From: Leucoraja ocellata
Lineage: Eukaryota
Assembly (NCBI GenBank): GCA_036785375.1
Contig: JAWMAR010000246.1
Span: forward strand, 1,178,001 to 1,242,000
Direction of reading: 5' to 3'
Length of the DNA stretch: 64,000 bases
Positions 1 to 14,589 of this stretch are shown piece after piece (position 1 is the stretch's first letter; the number at the start of each line of letters is the position of its first letter). Both the position numbers and the translations under genes were made by a program. Below the pieces are notes generated by a model. It had not been told where the DNA came from. It saw only the letters and a program-made list of their open reading frames with translations, and did no database searches.

Positions 1-315
1 ACAAGGACAAATAGACTACAAAACAGTTTTTACCCCACTGCTATAAAAGCACTAAATGTGGCCGCCAAGGAACGCAGGGGCGATACAGACTAAGGGACTG
101 TGGTAACGGTGAAATCGACAGAAGGATGGAGGGTTGGGTGTGTATGCGTGCTTTGTCTGTGTTTTTTATTTATTGCTTATCTTTATTATTTTACCGTGGA
201 TGTTTCGTTAGCTTTAGAAATGTTTGAATGCTGCACTGACTGGCTGACATTTTAAATTTCGTTGTACATGGCCCATGTTACAATGACAATAAAGAAACTA
301 TTCTATTCTATTCTA
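1..315 (+). mobile_element. 3' end of Rex1/Babar-like LINE
   Basis: Ends aatttcgttgtac...atgacaataaag + (ctatt)n tail, the same architecture as the RT-bearing copy at 34975-35650. Confidence 0.6.
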
Positions 316-409
316 GCTTCTAATCTTTTTTGCAAAATATATTTCTGCTTCGGCTATGTTTTTTTTTAAAAACACATCTATTTGGTTTTCTTATCATCAA
401 AGCTCCTAC

Positions 410-548
410 TAATAGTGGCACAGTAGATGCCTGACAGTGCCAGAGACCCGGCTTTGATACTGACCATGGATGCTGTCTGTACAGTGTGTATGCTCTCTCT
501 GTAACCGTGTGGGTTTCCTCTGGGTGCTCTGGTTTCCTCCCACACTGT
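410..548 (+). mobile_element. HE1/V-SINE-type tRNA-derived SINE fragment
   Basis: tRNA-like head and gtgggtttcctctgggtgctctggtttcctcccaca V-domain motif. Confidence 0.7.
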
Positions 549-714
549 ATTTCTGACGTCTGAAGTCGAATAGTTTAGTTTATTGTGAACCGAGGTACAC
601 TGAAAAGCTTTTTGTTGCATGCTATCCAGTCAGCAAAATGACTATACTGGATTACAATAAAGCCATCCACAATGTACAGGTACAGGATAAAGTGTGTAAC
701 GTTTATAGTCACAG

Positions 715-3030
715 TGATAAAGTGTAGAAACAGGCCCTTTGCTCCAACTTGCCCACATCAGCCAACATGTCCCAGCTGCACTAGACCCACCCGCCCGCGT
801 TTGGTCCATATCGCTCCAACCCTGTCCTATCCATGTACCCATCTAATTGTTTCTTAAATGTTGGGATCGTCCCTACCTCAATCACCTTCTTTGGCAGCTT
901 GTTCCATACACCGACCACCCTTTGTGTGAAAAAGTTAACCCCTCAGATTCCTATTAAATCGTTTCCCCTTCACCTCAAAGCTATGTCCACTGGTCCTCGA
1001 TTCACCTACACTGGACAAAAGACTATCTATCCCATCTATTCCACTCATGATTTTATACACCTCAATAAGATCAGCCCTCGTCCTCCTGCGCTCCAAGAAA
1101 TAAGAGTCCCAGCTGACTCAACCCCCCTATAGCACAGACCCTCTAGCCCTGGCAACATCCTTGTAAATGTCTGTATCCTTTCCATCTTGACAACATCCTA
1201 CCTATAACGTGGTGCCCAGAACTGAACACAATACTCTAAATGCAGCCTCACCAACGTCTTATACAACTGCAACATGACCTCCCAACTTCTATACTCAATA
1301 CTCTGACTGATGAAGGCCAATGTGACACATGCCTTTTTGATCACCTTATTTACCAGCGACCCCACCTTCATGGAACCATGCACCTGCACTCCTAGATCCC
1401 TCAACTTCCCAGATCCCTACCATTCAGTGCAGGGTTCAACCCCCTAAAGGATCATCTGACGTCGGCCTCTGTGACTGTGACTGTAACACCGTCAGGGCTA
1501 ATGGGGGCTCGGGAAGTCACATCAGTGTTCACCCTATCGAGGATGTTAGGAGGTTGCAGGGTGACCTGGACAGGTTGAGTGAGTGGGCAGATGCGTGGAA
1601 GATGCAGTATAATATAGAAAAATGTGAGGTTATCCACTTTGACGGCAAAAACAAGGGGGCAGATTATTATCTCAATGGGGTTAAGTTAAGTAAGGGGGAG
1701 ATGCAGCGAGAACTGGGTGTCCTTGTACACCAGTCACTGAAAGTTGGCGTGCAGGTACAGCAGGCAGTGAAGAAAGCTAATGGAATGTTGGCCTTCATAA
1801 CAAGAGGATTTCAGTAAAGGAGTAAAGAGGTTCTTCTGCAGTTGTATAGGGCTCTGGTCAGACCACATCAGAAGTATTGTGTACAGTTTTGGTCTCCTAA
1901 CTTGAGGAAGGACATCCTTGTGATTGAGGCAGTGCAGCGTAGGTTCACGAGATTGATCCCTGGGATGGCGGGACTATCATATGAGAAAAGACTAGGCTTG
2001 TATTCACTGGAGTTTAGAAGTATGAGGGGGAATCTTATAGAAACATATAAAATTATAATAGGACTGGACAAGCTAGATGCAGGAAAAATGTTCCCAATGT
2101 TGGGCGAGTCCAGAACCAGGGGCCACAATCTTAGAATAAAGGGGAGGCCATTTAAGACTTAGGTAAGAAAAAACTTTTTCACCCAGAGTTGTGAATTTGT
2201 GGAATTCAAGGCCATTGAGGACCAGAGGACATAGGTTCAAAGTGAAGGGGAAAAGATTTAATAGGAATCCGAGGGGTAACATTTTCACACGAAAGATGGT
2301 GGGTGTATGGAACAAGCTGCTAGAAGAGGTAGTTGAGGCTGGGACTATCCTATCTTTAAAAAAAAAAAAAAAAATGTTAGACAGGTCAAGTACATGGATA
2401 GGACAGGTTAGGAGGGATATGGACCAAGCACAGGCAAGTGGGTCTAATATAGCTGGGACACTGTTGGCCGGTGTGGGCAAGTTGGGCCGAATAGCCAGTT
2501 TCCACACTGTATCACTCTATTACTCTACAAATGTAAAGCTCCCTGGCCTATAGTTCCCAGCATTTTCCAAGCAGCCCTAGAGGCACATTTGCCACCCTCC
2601 AGTTTTCCGGCACTTCTCCTGTATTTAAAGATGATTCGTAAATTTCAACCAAGGCTCCCGCAATTTCCTCTCTGGTTTCCCACAATGTGCTAGGATATAT
2701 CTGATTAGGCCCTGGAGGTTTGATTGCCTTCATACAATAGACAATAGGTGCAGGAGTAGACAATTCGGCCCTTCAAGGCAGAACCGCAATTCATTGTGAT
2801 CATGGCTGATCATCCACAATCAGTAGCCCATTCCTGCCTTCTCACCATATCCGTATCTTTAAGAGCTCTATCTAACTCTCTCTTGAAAGCATCCAGAGAA
2901 CCAGCCTCCACCGCCCTCTGAGGCAGAGAATTCCACTGTGCGACTCAAACTGTGTGAAAAAGTAATTCCTCATCTCCGTTCTAAATGGCTTACCCTTTAT
3001 TCTTAAACTGTGGCCCCTGGCTCTGGACTC
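715..3030. mobile_element. cluster of CR1/HER1 LINE 3' fragments (both strands)
   Basis: ORF fragments with LVRPHLEYCVQFWSP, QGDLDRL.EWA, RTRGH; degenerate. Confidence 0.9.
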
Positions 3031-5518
3031 CACACGATAGTACTTTCAGCACCTCTTCGACTGTACCACTAACTGCTCTCAAGACACTTCCATTGACTGC
3101 CCAAAGTTCCTCTGTCCTGTCTTTCTCCTCTGCACAGAGTTTAGTGGAAGTCCAATAAAATCGGATTAAAGATAGTTCCGAGGATGGGAGGTCAAGTCCC
3201 CTCTCTGGCTGGTGAAAGGACGATTCCGTTATCCGATAACATGTTTACAATAGCATGCACCTCCAGGAAGGTGTCTTAATCATGGTGCCATAAATGTCAC
3301 CCATTCCTTCTATCCAGAGATGCTGCCTGTCCCACTGAATTACCCCAGCATTTTGTGTCTATCTTCAGTGTAAACCAGCATATGCAGTTCCTTCCTGCAC
3401 TAATTCCACAGATTGGTGAGTTTTTATGGTACTTGAATGGGATGCTCTGTCATTTCCACTGAACCCACCCAACTTTCTTTTCATGGAACTTGACAATTTA
3501 GATTACATATATGGTGCCATAAACAATCTGCTGCAGGACCTCAGTAGGTCATGTCACGTCACATCTGTGGAGAAAACATAAATTGTCGATATTTTGGGCC
3601 AGGACCCTGCGTGGTTGCATTATCTTCCACCAATTACAAACCAGATTATGATCTTATACCATGGGAGATTCCATGACTACTAAAACTGAAACTTCATTTC
3701 AAATAATGGAAATACTATTTAATAAGCCTATGTCCCACCTGTGATAATCTGAACACTTTGCAGACTTCGTTATTTAGATTTGACATAGAGGGCTGACCAC
3801 CTTACTTCATCTAACCTGTCAACATCTATTTTTCTCTCACATATTCAAATGTTTTTTGTTAAAGGTATCCTTATTTTTTGCCTTAGACATTTCATGCAGC
3901 ATTTTAATAATTTTGCATTTCTTTAAAAAAAAATGTATCTTCTAAATTCTTGTGGATTATCCATAGGAGCAGAATTAGGCCATTCTGCCCATTGAGTCTG
4001 CTCCACCATTCGATCATGCCCGATCTATTTTTCCTTCTCAGCCCCACTTTCCTAGATTCTCCATGTAACCTTTGACGCCCTTACTAATCAAGAACCTGTC
4101 GGCCTACTGTAGCAATGAATTCCACAGATTCACTATCCTCTGGCTAAATACATTTCTCCTGCTCTCAATTCTAAAAGGTACGTGTTGTGGCCTCTAGCTT
4201 TGGTCTACCACAGAAATGGAAGCATGTTTAATAGCAAACATTACATAATTTGGAAGATTACCGTCAGGTTATTTTTGCCTTTCTCTGGAGAAAGCAAACA
4301 ACCCTGATTGCGGTATATTCTCATATTGATATCCCGATATAACTTGCTTGCATTTGCAACTGCATCACTTTGGTAAATTTGTAATAAGTCAGAACCGTAC
4401 CCAGTATTTTTATGTCACTCAACCAGACCCAAATCATTTAAATAATGTTTCCAAAATCTTACTCTCTAGTTATTTGAATCTTTTTGACATCAAGTTAAGC
4501 TGTTACATTTTGTGACTTTGACTGTGTGCCATGACCCAAATCTTCTTGCCAAGATGTAAATCCTGTTCATACATCTTCTACCAAAATGCAGACTGCTATG
4601 ATGAAACTAATTATTCGATTATACATCCACTCTGCTAGTTTGCTAACATCTTATATTTTGTCCTGGTGTACCTCAGTATTGATTATATTCCAAATTGGTA
4701 CCATACTTAAACTTTGACCATTTGGGGAAAAAGATAAACACATCCCACAAATGGATACATACACACTCCCACAAACCTCACTATAGCTGAAGTATACAAT
4801 TGTAGTTGAATTATAAAACATTGAAAAGATGAGACACACCACCACTCCATGTCCTCATTATAAACTTCATAGAAACACAATGGGAATTTCATCATAGGGT
4901 TGAATTACTAGAATCCCTTCTGTAACAGAATTATGAGTGCAGTCTCTATATAGACAGTAACAGTTCAACACAGCTCAGCGTCACCATCTCAACTGTATTT
5001 AAGGATGCGTATTAAGTTCTAAGAATGCAGACAGTGTATCCATCATGTGAAAAAATAAAAAAGTGGGGACTTTCCAAGATAACATTTTGCCAACCTAAGT
5101 TCCCATGTTAAGCAAGAAGTGTCACTGCACAGAAGTGTCAGGGCAACAGATTAATTTCTTAGTACCTCACCTCCACAAGGTGGAGAATAGATAATACAAA
5201 AAAAAGTGCACCAAATTATTCTCAAACAAAAAGGAACAAGAGAAGAATCTCTACAATTACAACAAAGAACAAAACCCAGCATCACACTTCATAGACAGAT
5301 GCTTGTATCAATCAGATACCTTTGGACAAAATAATCAAGTTAACAATTGGATTCATAGATTTCTCACTGTACCCAGCAGATTTAGCAACAATAATCTCTA
5401 ATTAATTCAGGCTTGAGGGTTTAAAAAAAACTTTAATGGTCATGTTCTTGAAGAAGTATTGTCCTTTTCTATATTCATGTAACAGTATTATATTAAAAAG
5501 CAAGCAATTATTATAAAA

Positions 5519-5675
5519 AGACACAAAGTGCTGGAGTGACTCAGTGGATTTAGCAGCATCTCTGGAGAACATAAATAGGTGACATTTCGGGTCAGACACT
5601 TCTTCAGACCCAAACGTTATCTATTCATGTTCTCCAGAGGTGCTGCTCAACCCGCAGTTACTCCAACACTTTGCA
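5519..5675. mobile_element. fold-back of Penelope-like terminal repeat
   Basis: ctggagtgactc...ctggagaacat and its reverse complement atgttctccagag...gttactcca. Confidence 0.75.
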
Positions 5676-5954
5676 CCTTTTTTTTGTAAACCAACATCTG
5701 CATTCAGATGTGTCCATGATTTCATTGCTGTTCACTTTTCAATTACTCAAGCCCTGTAAGGCTCAATTCCCAGCCACTATATTCAATTCATGACAACTTT
5801 TGTGCCTTGTGGTCCCCAACTCTATGTACGTTAAGATGTAGAAATAAGATGCTGGTAGATGCTATGTAGATGCTAGTTTACAAAAAAAGACAAAGTGCAA
5901 GAGTAACTTAGCAGGACAGACTGCATGTAGAAACAAGGAATTGCAAATGCTGGA

Positions 5955-6090
5955 AAAACACTAAGTGCTGGACCAATTCAGCGGGTCAGGCAGCATCTCT
6001 AGAGGACATAGACAAGTGAGTTTCAGTCACCTATCCACGTTCTCCAGAAATGCTGTCTGACCTGCTGAATTAGTCCAGCACTTCGTGGCT
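5955..6090. mobile_element. fold-back of Penelope-like terminal repeat
   Basis: aagtgctggaccaattcagcgggtcaggcagcat / atgctgtctgacctgctgaattagtccagcactt inverted arms. Confidence 0.75.
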
Positions 6091-6639
6091 TTGCAAAAAG
6101 ATATATATTAATTAAACACAGGGTTATGACAAATAACATGAAATATACATAACCAAAAATTAAGCTAGAAAATTCTCAATTTTTTAAAACTCAATCAATA
6201 AAACATTTTCAAGTATTCTTCAGATATCAGATGCCAAGAATAGAATGAATGGATATTCAATCTTAAAACTGCATTAAACACAAATAAGCATACTACGTAC
6301 AGCGTCAAACAGAGTGAATGTCACATCATACAAAACACGGGAGTCATGCAACATTTTCTACAACAATAGAATTTGATAGTTTGCTTATGGAAGTTACCTA
6401 TGAGGCAGAGGCATGGGATATGCACTCTGGTTCCTTTCTCTAAAAAACAGAAAAATGATCCACTTCAATGATGAAAAGTTTGTCAGAAAATTAAGGGTGC
6501 TACCTGCCAACTAACCTATTGCCATCATTTCTAGACGTTAGCTTAATAAGTAAATTGTAATACAAGACAGGAAAAAAAAGATTCACTGAAATGTAAAATT
6601 CACTCTTGGAATTTTGATGTTGAATGATGATTGATAAGG

Positions 6640-6645
6640 TTTATT
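6640..6645 (-). terminator. candidate RGP1 polyadenylation signal AATAAA
   Basis: tttatt on + strand ~570 nt downstream of the stop codon; no transcript evidence. Confidence 0.35.
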
Positions 6646-7211
6646 ATTGTGTTACAGCACAGTGAATAAAATGAACTTTTAGTAGAAAATGTACAACCGT
6701 CATAACAGCAAGCTATCTGTAAATGTGCTACATGTGTTTTTGGTTAAATATATAAAAATATGATGAGCACCAATGTGAAGTTGCAATTCTTCTCATTTGT
6801 GGAGTACCAAATTTGGACTATCTTCAGCAAAAACCAAAACAATAAAAATGCACTTCAGATCGACCAGATCCAAAAAGCTATAAACTGGCTACACATAATT
6901 GCTCTCCAGATAAAAATCTTCTGATCAGCTAGCAAGCAAGGCGTTTTCAGATCTGAATGTTTACAATAAAGGAAATTTTCTCTCAGTGTAGTTAATAGTA
7001 GAAATAGCAGTGACCATAAACACTGATCCTTACATAAAGTAATATTATGGACTTGCATTCTGTGGCGAGTGTCAGTAATTTTTGAAGTATAATACATCTG
7101 TAATATCTTGGGCAATATTTGTTGTGTTTTCCAATTTGATGCTGCTGTACCTCTCCTGTTTATCCAAAAATTCCATTGTTTAAAACTTTCCAATGCCTCT
7201 TAAAAAAAAAT

Positions 7212-7435
7212 TCAGATAGTAATGGAGTTAAAAGATGTTAACTGTGAAACATACGATGCGAGTACAGGATTGGTTGGAAGAACTTTTATGGGCAGATCCC
7301 AGCTGAATGTGTCCACATCTATTTTTCCTGCCCCAGTCCAAGTAATTATCTCTGATTGATTCTCAAGTACTGTAGGTGGTTCCATTGGTTCACGAGCAGT
7401 GACAAACTCAAAATGTAAGCGCCACTTTAAGGATA
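7212..7435 (-). CDS. RGP1: RGP1 last coding exon
   Basis: ttcag|TA TCC: [16 protein letters not shown]...[17 protein letters not shown]...SITI-stop; total CDS 1164 nt = 387 aa + stop. Confidence 0.96.
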
Positions 7436-8695
7436 CTGAAATTAAAATATGCAAGATATATTATGTTAATTCATTTGTTAAATTATGCAAATATTAAAGC
7501 ATTGTAAAACCTGAAATATTACAGTGATGCAAGGTTTAAAATGTTTTCACTGAGCTCACATAAAGTTCTTTATTCCTCCTCTGTGAAAACTACTTGCTAC
7601 AATATTGTTTAAAGTGACAAAATGCTCAAAAGGAGAAAAAAATCATCTGTAAAGAAAAATGTGGAAATAAAAGCCTATATCAGAAGGAAAAACAAGTTTG
7701 AAGTGAGAAGTTCTAAAGAATGGTCCTAAATAAATAAAGGCCATCGCACTGACAAAGCACCCTAAACCAAGTCTCGAACCGAAACTTCACCCGTTCCTTC
7801 TCTCCAGAGATGCTGCGTCCCGCTGAGTTATTCCAGCTTTTTGTGTCTATCCCCATCTTTATAGTCTTCTATTCACTAACTTAAATACATTGAATGCCAC
7901 AATTCTTACACTCGCCATTAATGGCAAATTAAGCATTGTGTGTCTATCTTTGGTTTAAACTAGCATCTGCTGTTCCTTCATACCCAAAACCAAGGGTAGG
8001 ATGAAAGGTTTTTCAAATTTTCATTTGAGATTCAGAATCATATATAGCAATGGAATAGATTTAGAAATTTATATAGCAAGATTTAAAAGTAAATTGACTG
8101 TGGATGGGGTCAACATAAGAGAATTTGGCATAAAATAGATTGCGAGTAATTGTTTTCGAATAGGTTCAAATGGATGTGTTGGAGCTGCGGAAGCAGATGT
8201 TTGACAGCTCAGCGAATAGTTAACATTCCTGATCAATTATCCAGTAATTTGTCCTTGGAAAATGTGCAAACTATCACATATTAGGTACAAAGACAAATAT
8301 ATATATTTTTTAATCAAATTAACACCAGAGAAGCAGGGATACTTCTTTTGGCAGAACGGTCTAGAACCAGGGGGTAAAAATTTCCAATGTGTTTGGGAAG
8401 GGAGTCATTCAGTACCGATGTTACATTTCAAACCATATGGAAAATTCAGGATGCCCATTTGCAACAAAAATGTATATTAAAGCATGAAGATGGATTGGAC
8501 CAGCAAAGATTAACCATGATCTTGACGAATGGCAGATCAGCCATGAGGGTTGAATACCCAACTCGCACTTCTATTTCTCATGTTGGAGTACACTGACAGA
8601 AACCAGTTGGCTGGCATTCCCCAGAATTGAGGTTGATGAGCTAAACCTCAATCCTACAGCTACCCAAGCTTCGGTAAGGGCAACAACACATTTAT

Positions 8696-8820
8696 CTGAA
8701 GAAGGGTTTTGGCCCGAAACGTTGCCTATTTCCTTCGCTCCATAGATGCTGCTGCACCCGCTGAGTTTCTCCAGCTTTTTTGTGTAACCTTCGATTCTCC
8801 AGCATCTGCAGTTCCTTCTT
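8696..8820 (+). mobile_element. Penelope-derived mini-element beginning at a hammerhead-like core
   Basis: Starts CTGAAGAAGGGTTTTGGCCCGAAAC; flanked by direct repeat acatttat (8688-8695, 8821-8828). Confidence 0.85.
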
Positions 8821-9060
8821 ACATTTATATAAATTGGGATTCTCACCTCTTTAAGTTTACGAGAAAAGGTAAACAAGGCCAATTCACATTTCATTCTCCT
8901 TTCCTATTTTAATGCTTTTATGATTGTTTTTAGCCAATATGGTTTTAAAAAACAACTTTTTACTGTTTTCTTAACTTTTTAAAGTGACTTAAAGGTCTCA
9001 GAATTTAAAAAATATTACAAAGTCTCTTCAACCCCAGTCTTGCCTCCCATCAAGGCATAA

Positions 9061-9362
9061 TGGCTCTGTCCCACGGTACGAATTTATTCCAACTCGGAGA
9101 TTTACGGTAATGGCCACTCGTCGGTACTCGGTGCTCTCGTGGACATTTTTCAACATGTTGAAAAATCTTCACGAGTCTTCCCGAGCTTACCTGCTGTTAG
9201 CGAGTCTTCCCGAGTACCTGTCATTAGCGTTACGAGCCGCTAAGAGACGTCCCCGAGCTCCGACATACCCGCTACGTTCATTCTCAGTGCTTACCACGAG
9301 TTTGATTTTTTTTTAAAGTCGGGAGAGCTCTTGGAATGAACTCGTACCGTGGGACAGGGCCA
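9061..9362. mobile_element. non-autonomous DNA transposon (PIF/Harbinger-like MITE)
   Basis: ~32-bp imperfect TIRs tggctctgtcccacggtacgaatttattccaa / ttggaatgaactcgtaccgtgggacagggcca; taa/tta flanks. Confidence 0.8.
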
Positions 9363-9829
9363 TTAGGATATTGTGGAGTATGCCAACTGAGGCTCACCCA
9401 CTGCTAAAGATTCACTGCAATGCTATCTATAAACCTTCAAGGTTAGTGACAAGTGGAACCTTATTTGCATTCAGACCACTTGGATAAGCACAGACAGAAG
9501 TGGTTGGGGACCCTGGATGGCATGTCAAATGCTTCAATTTGATGATAAACACAAAATGATGGAGTAACTCAGCGGGACATGCAGCATCGATGGGGAGAAG
9601 GAATGGGTGACATTTCGGGTCGAGACCCTTCTGAGAGTCAGGGGAGAGGGAAACAATAGAAATGGGCAGGTACAGTGTGAAAACGAGAAATCAAAGGTGA
9701 AGAAGTTCAAGGAACATGTAGAACAGATCATTGTTAGCTTGGGGAAGTTTACAACAGGGCCCACAATGTAAATTTTAATCAGGAGAAGTCAGACTGGTCG
9801 GAGAACTAGGATGGGGGAGGCTATAGGGT

Positions 9830-10435
9830 CATAAGTGATAGGAGCAGAGTTAAGCCGTTGGGCCCATCAAGTCTGCTCTGCCATTCAATCATGGCTGATC
9901 TATCTCCCCCCCCCCACCCCATTCTCCTGCCTTCTCCTCATAACCCCTAACACCCGTACTAATCAAGAATCTATCTCTGCCCTAAAAATATCCATTGACT
10001 TGGCCTCAACAGCCTTCTGTGGCAAAGAATTCCACAGATTCACTACCCTCTGACTAAAGAAATTTCTCCTCATCCAAAGGAGGGTCCTCTAATTCTGAGG
10101 CTTTGACCTCGACTCTCCCACTAGTGGAAACATCCCCTCCACATCCACTCCATCCAAGCCTTTCACTATATGGTACGTTTCAATGAGGTTCACCCCCCCA
10201 TTCTTCTAAACTCCTGAGAGTACAAGTCGAGTGTCGTCAAGCGCTCATCATATGTTAACCCACTCATTCCTGTGATCATTCTTGTAAACCTCCTCTGGAC
10301 CCTCTACAGAGCCAGCAAATCCATCCTCAGATATGGTGCCCAAAATTGCTCACAATACTCCAAATACGAGCAGACCAGCATCTTATAGAACATCAGCATT
10401 ACATTCCTGATTTTGTAGACTAGCCCTCTTGAAAT
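9830..10435 (-). mobile_element. CR1 LINE 3' fragment
   Basis: Antisense CR1 RT C-terminus and 3'UTR (gatcagccatgattgaatggc). Confidence 0.85.
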
Positions 10436-10978
10436 AAAGGGATGGAGAGAGAGAGAGAAAGCAAGTATTACTTGAAGATAGATACGTCAACACTCATATT
10501 GGTTGCGAGCTGCCCGAGCAAAATATGAGGTGTTGTTCCTCCAATTTGCGTTGGGCCTCACTCTGACAGTGGAGGATGCACTGGACAGAAAAGTCAGTAT
10601 GGGAATGGGAGGGAGAGTTTAAGTGTTCAGCAACCATGCATTAGGGTTAGCTTCACTGACGACAAGTCAATTCAAAAGGTTAAAATTCATTTCTTGTCCT
10701 TGGGTGTTACCTCACCAAGTGAGTGACCTGTGGTCATTACTGATTCACTTTTGAAGGAGTCAGTGAAGAATATTCATTGGAATTTTCTATTTGAAAGCTG
10801 GCTAAACAAAAAGCTGCTATGATTATGACAACTTGTACTACTGCCAATGAATGTAGTAATTTATTTTGAATTTTTCCAGAGGATATCAGGTTTTCCCAAG
10901 AACACAAGATGAGTTGATGTATATTGTTATTTAAATGGTTGTATACGTGAAGGATTATATATAAAATAGGATACTTAC

Positions 10979-11156
10979 CAACAGTGGTCATGAAGCTGGG
11001 TGTTGCACTAAGTGGAACTGGTAAACTGAAATGAGTTTTAGCAGTATGCAAGCATGACTCTTGATGCCGAGCATGTGTACTTAGTGAAACAGGTTGCCCT
11101 GGCTTTCTTTGATAGTCCTCTTGTATGTGCTCTTCAGTCTGCAAAGATACTGAGAA
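10979..11156 (-). CDS. RGP1: RGP1 coding exon 7
   Basis: ccag|TTC: [59 protein letters not shown]; donor G|gtaagt; 178 nt. Confidence 0.96.
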
Positions 11157-11184
11157 CTGGAAATAGAGAGTCATGGATTCAAAT

Positions 11185-13350
11185 TAGAACATAGAACAGT
11201 ATAGCAAGGAACTGTCCCTTCAGCCCACAATGTTTGTGCCGAACATGATACCTAGTTGAACTGATCTCACTACCTGTACACAACCCAGATCCCTCTACTC
11301 CCTGCACTTCCATGTCTTAAACACCACTTTCATATGTGCCCCCACTACCAACCCTGGTAATGGGTTCCAGGCCTCCACCACTCTGTGTAAAAAAAAAACT
11401 TTCTCCCTCTCACTTATAGCTACGCCCTCTAGTGTTGGACTGAGGTTCTGAATGTCTACCCTGTTGATGCCTCTCGTAATCTTATATAATTTCTATCAGG
11501 TCTCCCCTCAACCTCCGACTTTTCAGAGAAGAGTTTAAATATACACCATGGAAACAGGCCCTTCAGCCACCGAGTCCAGACCAACCATTCATAACCCCTT
11601 CACACTTGTTATGCCTCTGCACACCTGGAGTAATTTACAAAGGCCAATGAACCTACAAACTCAAGTCTTTTGGATGTTGGAGGAAACTAGAGAATCCAGA
11701 GAAAACCCACATAGTCACAGATCGAATGTGCAACCTCCACACAGACAGCACTCGAGGTCGGGATCAAACCCAGGTCTCTGGCCCGGTAAGGCAGCAGTTC
11801 AGCCATTGCGCCACTGTGACGCCCGATAACAATCCAAGGCTATCCAGCCTCGCCCTGTAGCTGAAACCCCACTAATCCAGGTAGCATTCTGATAAACTAC
11901 CTCTGCACCCTCTCCAAAGTCTCCACATCTTTCCTGTAAAATGGTAACCAGAACTGCACACAATACTCCAAATGCAGCCTAGCCAGTCTTATAGACACAT
12001 ATTCATTGCCCCAAGCAATGAAGGCAAGCATACCATTCACATTCTTTACCACCATATCTACTTGTGCTGCACCTTTAGTGAGCTATGAACTTGGGCTCCA
12101 AGATGCCACGGCACACATCACACTTGCTCAGTTTAAACTCCATCGGCCATTTCACTGCATATTTCTGCAGTTGATCTATATCCCAAAGTATCTTCTGACA
12201 GCATTCCTTATTGTCTGAGATTCCACTAATTTGGGTTTTGCATGTACATTAATATACAATAATCAATGTTCAAATTAGACAAAAAGTGAATATTTCATCT
12301 CACCGTTGATAATGGTAGAATTTCATATTGGAAAAGAAACGAGAAGCTATTTACCAAACTAAAGATCTAAAAATGATACAGTTCAATGTCAGAGTTTTGC
12401 ATGTGGAAATTAAACCATGAATTTACAATAGACAATAGGTGCAGAAGTAGGCCATTTGGCCCTTCGAGCCAACACCACCATTCAATGTGATCATGGTTGA
12501 TCATCCAAAATCAGTACCCCGTTCCTGCCTTCTCCCCATATCCCCTGACTCTGCTTTCTTTAAGAGCTCTATCTCTCTTGAAAGTATCCAGAGAACTGGC
12601 CTCTACCGCCCTCTGAGGCAGAGAATTCCACAGGCTCACAATTCTGTGTGAAAAATTATTTCCTCATCTCCGTTGTAAATGGCTTACCCCTTATTCTTAA
12701 ACTGTGGCCCCTAGTTCTGGACCCCCAACATCTGGAACATGTTTTCTGCCTCTAGCATGTCCAAACCCTTAATAATCTTATGTTTCAATAAGATCCCCTC
12801 TCATCCTTCTAAATTCCAGAGTATACAAGCCCAGCCGCTCCATTCTCTCAGTGTATGACAGTCCCGCCATCCCGGGAATTAACCTTGTGAACCTACGCTG
12901 CACTCCCTCAATAGCAAGAATGGCCTTCCTCAAATTAGGGGACCAAAACTGCACACAATACTCCAGGTGTGTTCTCACTAGGTCCCTGTACAACTGCAGA
13001 AGGACCACTTTGCTCCTATACTCAACTACTCTTATGAAGGCCAACATGCCATTCGCCTTCTTCACTGCCTGCTGTACCTGCATGCTTACTTTCATTGACT
13101 GATTAACAAGGACCCCCAGATCCTATTGTACTTTCCATTTACACAACTTGACACTATTTAGATAATCTGCCTTCCTGTTTTTGCTACGAAAGGGGATAAC
13201 CTCGCATTTATCCACATTAAACTGCATCTGCCATGCATCTGCCCACTCACCCAACCTGTCTAAGTCACCCTGCATTCTCACAGCATTCTCCTCACAGTTC
13301 ACACTGCCACCCTGCTTTGTGTCATCTGCAAATCCCATCTAAATCATTGA
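11185..13350 (-). mobile_element. CR1 fragments with nested HE1-type SINE (11625-11825)
   Basis: ORFs 12778-13338 carry FADDTK and HLEYCVQFWSP; V-SINE motif antisense. Confidence 0.85.
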
Positions 13351-13749
13351 TGTACAAATGTTACATCTATTATTCAGCAGGAAACAATTAAAAATTTATG
13401 TTGAATACTTAAAGAAGGGATTATCTAACAACAGAACAAAAATCATAACCCAAGACAAGCCAAACAAGTCACATTTGGAGAAATATTGTTTCCTTAAGTT
13501 AAAGCAAAAGATCCCGAGCTGTAAAAGGTAATTTATGCATTTTGATCAACTGTTGCACATTCATGGGAAACATAAACTACGTGTTCTGAACAAGCAGTAG
13601 GTGCTCACCTGAAGAAATGTATATAAAGATTGAATTGAGGGAACTGCATTGGGAGCATGGATTCTTCCAGTGTCTTTCCCAAAAGCTTGCTGAAAAAGCT
13701 TGTTCATGAAGGGCATCACAGTTAATCTCAACCTCACCTTCACCACCAT

Positions 13750-14589
13750 GGGCGCCACATTGACGGCAGCCTCTGCCTACAGCCTGTTCGTCTTTTCAAT
13801 CTTTTTTTTATTTTTAGTTAATTTATAGTCTGTTTTTAGGGGAAACTTTAACTTTTCTATGTGGGGGAGGGGGGGCAGGGTAAGGGAGAAACTATTTCCC
13901 AGTTGCTTCCTGGCGGGGACACAACTATTCTCCGAGTCGCGTCCTCGCCCCCCCCCTCCTCGCAGCCTACCACCTGGATCCGAGCGGCCTTTCCTGCCGG
14001 GGACCGGGAAGCGAACCAGAGCTACAACAGCGGCGGCGCAGCGCTGAAATCACCATGGAGTGGCCGATCCCTACCTGGATCGCCGTTTTGAGCTCCGGTG
14101 CATTGGGCCGCTGCTCCAATATCGTGGAGCTGCGGTTTGGGAGAGTTCCCAACACAGGCGATGCTGACCGTCCTCGCAGAGTCCTGGGACCCTTGGCCGA
14201 GGGCCACCAGTATTGCATCTCCGCCCAGCGAACTTTGGGAGCTGCGGACTCCAGTAGGAGGGGGCCGAATCTGATGTCCAGACCACTGAGGATGTCCCCC
14301 AGCCCCAACGTCGGACTTACATCACCCCAGCGAGAGGGCCTAAATATCGGGCCGCCCTTAGCAGCGACTGCGGAGGGCTCGGGGAAGACCCGACCACGGG
14401 TGAACATTGGGGAACATTAGAGGAAGAAGACTTTGGTGCCTTCCCGCACAGTGGGAAACTTCAATTCTGCTGTGTGGGGATGTTTTTATGTTGAACTCTA
14501 TCGTGTGTTGTGTTCTTTATTTTTATTGTATGGTAATCACATTTCACTGTGCCATCTGGCACATGTGACAAATAAATGTATATTGTATC
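13750..14589 (+). mobile_element. GC-rich non-coding retroposon (hairpin family copy A)
   Basis: GC/CpG-rich body, gccttcc-hairpin at 14438-14480, tail atttcactgtgcc...tgtgacaaataaa. Confidence 0.7.

Noticed and set aside
13606-13750. Donor-like CAG|gtgagc with a short ORF inside RGP1 intron 6
   Set aside because: RGP1 protein is complete without it; no homology recognised
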